In this document: one piece after another, positions 58,034-64,000 of the stretch
Layout: each line of letters begins with the position of its first letter
Numbering within the stretch: position 1 is the first letter of the stretch
Notes under the pieces: generated by a model
Seen by the model: the letters and a program-made list of their open reading frames with translations, nothing else
What the model was told of the DNA's origin: nothing
Databases searched by the model: none
Assembly (NCBI GenBank): GCA_964641255.1
Contig: CAZXMM010000001.1
Location: forward strand, 409,984-473,983
Reading direction: 5' to 3'
Origin: an uncultured Gammaproteobacteria bacterium
GTDB lineage: Bacteria; Patescibacteriota; Microgenomatia; JAMCZE01
Length of the DNA stretch: 64,000 nt
Translations under genes and position numbers: made by a program

Positions 58034-59223
58034 CAATCATTCTTGACTGTGGTAGTTATCATTTGCAAAACCTCGGTGATATCGCCATGCTCCAAGTGAC
58101 TGAGCAGCAGATGAGAAAGTTTTGGCCCGAAGCAGGGATCTATGTTCTGACTCTCGTCCCCAAACGGTTGGCAGAATTTTGTCCACTAGCTTTGCCCTTG
58201 TCCACAGCGAGCCGTTATTTGTGGTTGGAACAACACCTCAAACGCATCAGCCATAAAGAACAGTGGGAGCAATTTCTTCATACCGCTGGTGCTCAAATTA
58301 CGGCTAAACCTGAAGAATTTAACCAAGTTTTTGCAAAGACCGATGCGGTAGTAGTCAGTGGCGGGGGCTTTATGAACGACATTTTTATCGATCACGCCAT
58401 TGATGTTTTAGATATGCTTGGGGAAGCCCAAAATCAGGGAAAGTGTACCGCGATGTTTGGTCAAGGATTTGGACCAGTGACTAATCCTGCTTTACTTGAG
58501 CGGATGAACCAGGTATTACCCCGTCTGGCAGTAGTAGGGCTACGGGAGAAATTATCCGGTCGTTCCTTAGTTAAAAATTTGGGGGTAACCGATCCCCAGA
58601 TTTTTGTGACCGGGGACGACTCTCTGGCTTTGGCTCCAAACAGAGAAAAACCAGGGGAGAGTATTGGGGTCAACTTGCGACTCTCCTACTATTCTGAGGT
58701 GACCCATAATCAAAGGCGAGCGGTAAAAGAAGCTGTTTTGGCTTTAACCGGGGAACTAGAAACTAAACTCGTTCCCTTGCCCATCTCTTTTTACCCGCAA
58801 GAGTCAGATGTTAAGAGTTTAACGTCTCTGTTTCCGGCCCAACTCTATCGCTACCCACTAGAGCGGGACGAAGAGTCGACTGTTCAATCAGCCTTGGCGC
58901 GCGCAGCTAGCTGTCGTACTGTTATTACTGGGAGTTATCATGGGGCGGTGTTTGCCCTGGCTTGCGGGGTTCCAGTAGTGGCACTGTCAGGCTCAACCTA
59001 TTATTTGGATAAATTTTTGGGTTTGGCAGATTTGTTTCCCGAAGGAGCGGTTCAAATTGTAGGTTTGGCCGATCGTTTTTTGCGTCTAAATCTGCAGTCG
59101 GCGACCAGAAAGGCCTGGGCTAAAGCCCATCTGCTAAAAGAGAAAATTTTACAAAGCGCAAAAGAACAAGCCCAACTGAGAGACCAAGCATATGAGAGGT
59201 TTTACGCTATACTTGAGCCATGA
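58030..59223 (+). CDS. Polysaccharide pyruvyl transferase family protein
   Basis: NLGD.AM, SGGG...D, GQGFGP, LRE..S, GDD, GVNLR, SYHGAVFAL..GVP, YY..K. Confidence 0.88.
   Translation: MTIILDCGSYHLQNLGDIAMLQVTEQQMRKFWPEAGIYVLTLVPKRLAEFCPLALPLSTASRYLWLEQHLKRISHKEQWEQFLHTAGAQITAKPEEFNQVFAKTDAVVVSGGGFMNDIFIDHAIDVLDMLGEAQNQGKCTAMFGQGFGPVTNPALLERMNQVLPRLAVVGLREKLSGRSLVKNLGVTDPQIFVTGDDSLALAPNREKPGESIGVNLRLSYYSEVTHNQRRAVKEAVLALTGELETKLVPLPISFYPQESDVKSLTSLFPAQLYRYPLERDEESTVQSALARAASCRTVITGSYHGAVFALACGVPVVALSGSTYYLDKFLGLADLFPEGAVQIVGLADRFLRLNLQSATRKAWAKAHLLKEKILQSAKEQAQLRDQAYERFYAILEP
59208..59213 (+). promoter_or_regulatory. -10 box TATACT, leaderless type, inside the 3' end of the upstream gene
   Basis: TATACT 6 nt before ATG 59220. 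Confidence 0.5.
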
Positions 59224-60683
59224 AATCATTTTGGTTTGTTGCGCTTCTTTTGGTGGTCTCATTTAAACAATTGTTGTGGATTTCTGCTCTGCCAATCTTT
59301 CAGACGCCCGATGAACAGGCACACCTTGCCCAGCTGGCGTACTTAGCCGAACACCAGGTAACTAAAGTGCCAACCAATGTCGATTTATCCTTAGAAATTG
59401 CCACCACAGAAGAACTGCTTGGTACAAGACGTGATTCGTACGGCAATAATAAATTTACCTATCACCCTGAATTTAATATTACCTACAGTAAGGACCAAAC
59501 TGGAATCTTTGAAGTGGCGATGGCTACCCTTTCTGGGTCAGCAAGAACGGTATATGTGGGTGGGGAAGCAGCTCACTATCCACCACTCGGCTATGTGACT
59601 TCTCTACCATTCTATTATTTAGCCTATGATAGCTCGCTTATTGAGCGAATCTTTGCCTCTCGACTTCTTAATCTGATCATCCATCTTCTTCAGGTGCTGG
59701 TCGCCTATAAAATAGGTAAAACCATTTGGAAAAAGGAAAGGGAGGCTCTAGTGTTAGGCATTCTGGTTTCTTTTCAACCAATGATCTCCTTCGTGGCAGC
59801 GGGAATTCATCCGGATAACCTGCTTAATCTTTTGTACAGTTTGGGACTACTGTTTTTGTTGCGAGTTATCCGTGACGGGCTGCGCCTAAAACATCTTGTC
59901 GGCCTGGGTATAGTTCTAGTACTGGGTTTTTACACCAAACAACTCATTTTTCCGTTTTTTCCCCTAGCTCTGGCGACTCTGACCTATGTTCTACTTAAGA
60001 AAAAACGCCTGTTAGCTCTCGGCAGCTCCTTAGTCGTTCTTTTGGGACCAATCCCGCTATTTTTTGTTCCCATCTCGCTGCCCTATCTGCCTTTGGCTAC
60101 GGTCCATCATATTACGTTGCCCGAGTACCTTAATTTCCGGCTTAAGCGCCTAGTGTTTGAAATGTGGCCTTGGTACTGGGGAGTGTTTCGCTGGTTAAGT
60201 CTCGCCTTGCCCCGAGAAGTCATGCGACTAATTACCCGGGTGGCCCTGCTGGCAAGTGTAGGAATAGGTATCTATTTTTTGAAAGTAGTCACTAAAAGAC
60301 AACCGCTAACTTTTGAGGCCAAGGCGGCGATTCTTTTTCTGGTCTCGACCCTAACCTATATTATTTACCTATTCCTATGGGATTTTCGCTTAATGGACTA
60401 CTTGGGTTTTTCTCAGGGCCTCCAGGGCCGTTATCTATTCCCCAATATTGTGGCTCATCTAGCCCTGTTCCAACTAGGAATCATGACCTTGTTTAGCTTT
60501 AGAAAAAGACTGCAACAAGCGGTACTGGGTGTTTTAGCTGCCGCGATGGTGGGGCTAAATGTCGTTTCTTGGTGGCTCCTCTCCACGAGCTATTACGGAA
60601 CTGAGTGGCAGATGTTTCTGTTGCGCGCCTCACAGTACAAACCCGACTGGATTAAAGAAATGATCGGACTCCTGATACAATAA
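59220..60683 (+). CDS. GT-C-like membrane protein (DUF2142-like)
   Basis: P.FQTPDEQAH, HYPPLGY, R, HPD, TK, YWG.F.W, QGRYLFP. Confidence 0.78.
   Translation: MKSFWFVALLLVVSFKQLLWISALPIFQTPDEQAHLAQLAYLAEHQVTKVPTNVDLSLEIATTEELLGTRRDSYGNNKFTYHPEFNITYSKDQTGIFEVAMATLSGSARTVYVGGEAAHYPPLGYVTSLPFYYLAYDSSLIERIFASRLLNLIIHLLQVLVAYKIGKTIWKKEREALVLGILVSFQPMISFVAAGIHPDNLLNLLYSLGLLFLLRVIRDGLRLKHLVGLGIVLVLGFYTKQLIFPFFPLALATLTYVLLKKKRLLALGSSLVVLLGPIPLFFVPISLPYLPLATVHHITLPEYLNFRLKRLVFEMWPWYWGVFRWLSLALPREVMRLITRVALLASVGIGIYFLKVVTKRQPLTFEAKAAILFLVSTLTYIIYLFLWDFRLMDYLGFSQGLQGRYLFPNIVAHLALFQLGIMTLFSFRKRLQQAVLGVLAAAMVGLNVVSWWLLSTSYYGTEWQMFLLRASQYKPDWIKEMIGLLIQ
60673..60681 (+). promoter_or_regulatory. Extended -10 (TGaTACAAT), leaderless type
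   Basis: TGATACAAT followed by 7 nt and then ATG 60689. Confidence 0.5.
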
Positions 60684-60688
60684 CTTTA

Positions 60689-61906
60689 ATGCGTAGTCTG
60701 ACTCAAAGCATCATCCTAACCGGCGGTACCGTCGTTAACTCTGTCTTGGGATTAGTATTTTACATTGTTATCGGCCGCACACTTTCTCTTGAGGCAGTAG
60801 GTTATTTTTCCTTTCTTTTAGGAATTGGGGTGCTTGCCGCTGACATTGGCGATCTAGGGGTGAGCCCCAGCATTATCCGCTTTGGACACGGTGACAGATT
60901 CCGAGCGGTTTTTTCAGTCGCTCTCCTTCAGCGAACTATGGTTGGTGCCATTTTTTTTGCCACTGCGCTGATAGCCCAACAATTCTATCCCGCTAATTTC
61001 TTTCTATCAGCGCTAGTGGCCTCATGCTTACTGCTCCTTTCTACAATCCTGCAGTCATTTTTAGCCAAACAAAGGTATGGTCTTTATGTTGGCGCCAGTC
61101 TTCTGAGCAATATTTTTCGCTTAGGAGCGGTACTAGGGCTCATCTCAGGGAGTCTGCTGACGATAGACAGCGCCCTCCTAGCTATGGTGGCCGCCAATCT
61201 CCTAGCTCTTAGTCTTGGGTTTATCGCCCTTTGTCTTTTAGAGAGAGGGCTTCCTTTGGTAAGGTCGGGTTTGAGCAAAATGTTGGGAGAAATGGCCCGT
61301 TTTGGCAGCTTTCTCGGTTTTTCGCTTTCGGTTAGCGCCCTAGCCTCCAAACTGGATAATCCCTTAGTCTTTTCGCTGGCTGGTCCCCAAGCGGCGGGGC
61401 TGTATTTTACCGCTCAGCGCTTAAGTTCCATTGTTCCCCAGGTAGCCGGCTCTCTTGATGGTGTCTTTGCCCCGAAGTTTTCTAAAGGCGAGGAAATTCG
61501 CAAACACTTTCGGGAATACGTGCTTTTTGCCGGTGTAGCAGCGCTAGGAATCTTGGTCGTGGTACCTTTCACTCCCTTGTTGCTTGCCTTTATCTTCGGT
61601 CCCAAATACGAGCTGGCAGCTCGGCTGCTTCAGGTTCTGTTTGTGGGAATGAGCCTTTTTATCTTTTCTGGTCCCTTCACTTCCTCACTGATATACCGGT
61701 TTAGTCAGACCAAGCTCCATTTTTTTACATCTCTTGTGCAACTGGCACTGAGCGTCGCCTTTATGGCTCTGCTAATTCCCCATTTTGCGGCCACTGGGGC
61801 GGCTTTGGCCTTTGTCATTGTCCAAGGACTGGATCTAGTAGCCATGATCAGTTTATATATAATCTTTAATTCGCGTGATCAAAATAACCACTCACACTCT
61901 CGTTAA
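60689..61906 (+). CDS. Wzx/MOP-family oligosaccharide flippase
   Basis: R.L.....G, DLG, D, GLY..A.R, PK, FG.KY, LIP.F...GAA; about 12 TMs. Confidence 0.85.
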   Translation: MRSLTQSIILTGGTVVNSVLGLVFYIVIGRTLSLEAVGYFSFLLGIGVLAADIGDLGVSPSIIRFGHGDRFRAVFSVALLQRTMVGAIFFATALIAQQFYPANFFLSALVASCLLLLSTILQSFLAKQRYGLYVGASLLSNIFRLGAVLGLISGSLLTIDSALLAMVAANLLALSLGFIALCLLERGLPLVRSGLSKMLGEMARFGSFLGFSLSVSALASKLDNPLVFSLAGPQAAGLYFTAQRLSSIVPQVAGSLDGVFAPKFSKGEEIRKHFREYVLFAGVAALGILVVVPFTPLLLAFIFGPKYELAARLLQVLFVGMSLFIFSGPFTSSLIYRFSQTKLHFFTSLVQLALSVAFMALLIPHFAATGAALAFVIVQGLDLVAMISLYIIFNSRDQNNHSHSR

Positions 61907-62663
61907 AAACGAGGAAAACTTTATCTGGTTTGCCCTCAATTCCGTTCGCAAATTCGCCACTGAGATGCTCGTCTTTGATGATAATTCCACTGACAAGACC
62001 GCTGAAATTTTGAACTCAATCCGCGACCCTAAACTGAAAGTTACTAGAGGGACCTTAACCACGGCAGGAGACATTCGTAATACTATGCTTAAGGAAACCA
62101 AAACAGATTGGTTTCTTTTGCTGGATGGAGATGAAGTCTGGAATGAAAAGACACTTGAGAAACTACTGGATTTCTTGGAGGATTGTCCTCGGGATGTTTG
62201 GGGAGTTGTGATGAGAACAAGAAATTGTATCGGAGACGTCTATCATTATCAGCCCGAAAGTGCGGGACAATACACCCTGTTAGGTAGAAAGGGTAATCTA
62301 AATATTCGCGCCTATCGGAAACTTCCCAACCTACAGTGGTGTTGGGATTATCCCAGGGAAACTTACTGTGATTTGAGAGAAAATCCTATCAATAACCAAG
62401 ATGCTCATTTGCGTTTTTTTGATGACCACTATTGGCATATGACCTATTTGCCAAGGACGAGTAGCACGGCAGAGCGCAAACATCCCCAGCGACTCAAGAC
62501 GGAATGGGGAATTAAAATTAAAAATGTATCGGAATTACCAGAAGTTTTTTTTGTTGATCGGCCGTCCATGGTTCCTAATCCCTTACAAAATAGGAGGTCT
62601 AGCTACACATTGCGTGCCAGCCTAGTGAGCCCACTGTTGCGCTTGAAAAGGAGTCTACAATGA
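61875..62663 (+). CDS. GT2 glycosyltransferase
   Basis: VKNEE, DDNSTDKT, RN.ML..TKTDWFLLLDGDEVW; GTG start. Confidence 0.87.
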   Translation: MIKITTHTLVKNEENFIWFALNSVRKFATEMLVFDDNSTDKTAEILNSIRDPKLKVTRGTLTTAGDIRNTMLKETKTDWFLLLDGDEVWNEKTLEKLLDFLEDCPRDVWGVVMRTRNCIGDVYHYQPESAGQYTLLGRKGNLNIRAYRKLPNLQWCWDYPRETYCDLRENPINNQDAHLRFFDDHYWHMTYLPRTSSTAERKHPQRLKTEWGIKIKNVSELPEVFFVDRPSMVPNPLQNRRSSYTLRASLVSPLLRLKRSLQ

Positions 62664-63445
62664 AACGAGCGGCGATTAAGAGAAAGATTTGGCAAAATGA
62701 AAGGTATTACCAACATATTGCCACCATTGACCGATTTGATCATCCGGGATTTCTTTTCATAAAAGCGAAAAGTAAAACTGCTAGTGCCATTTTAGATGTA
62801 GGCTGTGGTGATGGCAGTAAATTGTCGAATTTCGGAAGCGCGCAGTCTCGCTTATTTGGGTGTGACATCAGCAGTGCGGGGATTGCTCGGGGGAAAAAAT
62901 TGTATCCCCAAATCAAGTTTTCGGTATTTGACGGGCTGACACTGCCGTACGAGGATAATTTCTTTGATTTGGTGACGACGATGTTTGTTTTGGAACACAC
63001 CAGCAATCCAGAGCCATTAATTAACGAAATGGTAAGAGTGACAAAAATAGGTGGCTATATAGCCTTTCTGGCACCTAATTTTGGCGCTCCCAATAGAGCC
63101 TCGCCAAACTTTGTGGGATCAAGATGGAAAAAACTAGCTTGTGGACTGCTTAATTTCTTTTTGATCAGTGGGAAAAACTTAAACTGGCAACTTGTCGAAC
63201 CCAAGGCGCTATCTATGGATTCATTTACTATTGACAGTGATACGACTGTCGAGCCTTATGTTTACTCGCTGCAGCATTTTGTAAAAAATTTAAATTGTCA
63301 CATTGTTTTTAGCTCCTCTTATTGGGAAATGGAGCAACCGGGGGCAAAATTTCTGCAAAGACTGTTTAAATTCTTAGGAACGAGCGGGCTTGCCCCATTT
63401 AAATATTTCGGCCCCCACCTTTTTGTATTTGCACAAAAGAAATGA
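62660..63445 (+). CDS. Class I SAM-dependent methyltransferase
   Basis: ILDVGCGDG, GCDIS, LPYEDNFFD, VLEH, EMVRVTKIGG, APN. Confidence 0.92.
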   Translation: MKRAAIKRKIWQNERYYQHIATIDRFDHPGFLFIKAKSKTASAILDVGCGDGSKLSNFGSAQSRLFGCDISSAGIARGKKLYPQIKFSVFDGLTLPYEDNFFDLVTTMFVLEHTSNPEPLINEMVRVTKIGGYIAFLAPNFGAPNRASPNFVGSRWKKLACGLLNFFLISGKNLNWQLVEPKALSMDSFTIDSDTTVEPYVYSLQHFVKNLNCHIVFSSSYWEMEQPGAKFLQRLFKFLGTSGLAPFKYFGPHLFVFAQKK

Positions 63446-64000
63446 AAATAGCCTTTTTAAGCTTATATATGGGACATGTACCAAGGGGGGTAGAAACTTT
63501 TGTATTTGAAGTAGCTAATAGGCTCGCTAAAAAACACGAGGTGACCGTTTATCAGGGTGGACCCACGCTAAAAGGTGCGGTCTACAAAACAGTGGAAGTA
63601 ACTACAGAAATTGATTGGAACCAAAAAGATTCTCGAGGAACCCTATTGAAATTGTTTTTAATAGATTACTGGAGCCTTCTTCTTAAAAAATTCACCCTGG
63701 CAACCCTAAAGCTGTTCGATTCCTCTGTAGACATCGTCTTCCCCACGAATGGAGGCTGGCAAAGTGTGTTGATCAGGCTCTGGTCTATGGTAAAAGGTAT
63801 ACCCATGGTCATTGCCGGCCAATCTGGTCCCGGAGTCGATGATAGGATTAATCTCCTCTGTCGTCCCAATACCTTTATCAGTTTGACAGACTATCAAAGC
63901 CAGTGGGCCAAGCGAAATGGTTTCGGTGTTCCGGTAATAAAAATTCCGAATGGAGTGGATTTAGGGGTGTTTAATCCCAAGATTACACCAGCCAAAGTCG
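63442..64000 (+). CDS. GT4 glycosyltransferase, N-terminal part (runs off the window edge)
   Basis: Manual translation from ATG 63442: MKIAFLSLYMGHVPRGVETFVFEVANRLAKKHEVTVYQ...KIPNGVDLGVFNP. ATGA-coupled to the previous gene. Confidence 0.85.
   Translation, partial: MKIAFLSLYMGHVPRGVETFVFEVANRLAKKHEVTVYQGGPTLKGAVYKTVEVTTEIDWNQKDSRGTLLKLFLIDYWSLLLKKFTLATLKLFDSSVDIVFPTNGGWQSVLIRLWSMVKGIPMVIAGQSGPGVDDRINLLCRPNTFISLTDYQSQWAKRNGFGVPVIKIPNGVDLGVFNPKITPAKV

Noticed and set aside
1804-63897. Many 60-150 aa ORFs nested in or antisense to the long genes (e.g. 6075..6437, 20901..21356, 41371..41742, 44314..44694, 63666..63869)
   Set aside because: They lie within well-supported CDSs and show no recognisable motifs; expected shadow ORFs.
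1-64000. CRISPR arrays, rRNA/tRNA, IS elements, prophage
   Set aside because: No repeat-spacer pattern or mobile-element genes were seen, and almost no non-coding space is available.

Overview
Apart from a truncated trmD at the left edge, the whole 64 kb is one very dense glycosylation locus (about 55 CDS). No RNA genes, CRISPR or mobile-element genes were seen. TGA is used as a stop codon. Tiny or overlapping intergenic spaces, few Shine-Dalgarno motifs, leaderless-type -10 boxes and the gene families present suggest a Patescibacteria/CPR (Microgenomates-like) genome, which is an inference. Block 1 (about 0.4-45 kb, plus 59-64 kb) holds about 21 multi-pass GT-C-fold-like membrane glycosyltransferases (PMT/ArnT-like, YfhO/PTPS-related, PIG-V-like, MptA/B-like, TMTC-like, DUF2142-like). 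It also has five polyprenol-phosphate-sugar synthase-type GT2s, GtrA and DUF2304 proteins, two Wzx flippases and GT2/GT4 enzymes. Block 2 (45.7-59.2 kb) is a mostly more AT-rich Wzm/Wzt-export cassette. It encodes an ABO-like GT6 (DXD type, fused to a second GT-like domain), a GT11 fucosyltransferase, an exostosin/GT47, several methyltransferases, a PP-loop/Cys4 protein and a pyruvyltransferase. The best candidates for an undescribed system are the blood-group-A-like glycan cassette and the very large GT-C array with bidirectional leaderless promoters. All family calls come from motif recognition by eye, not database searches.
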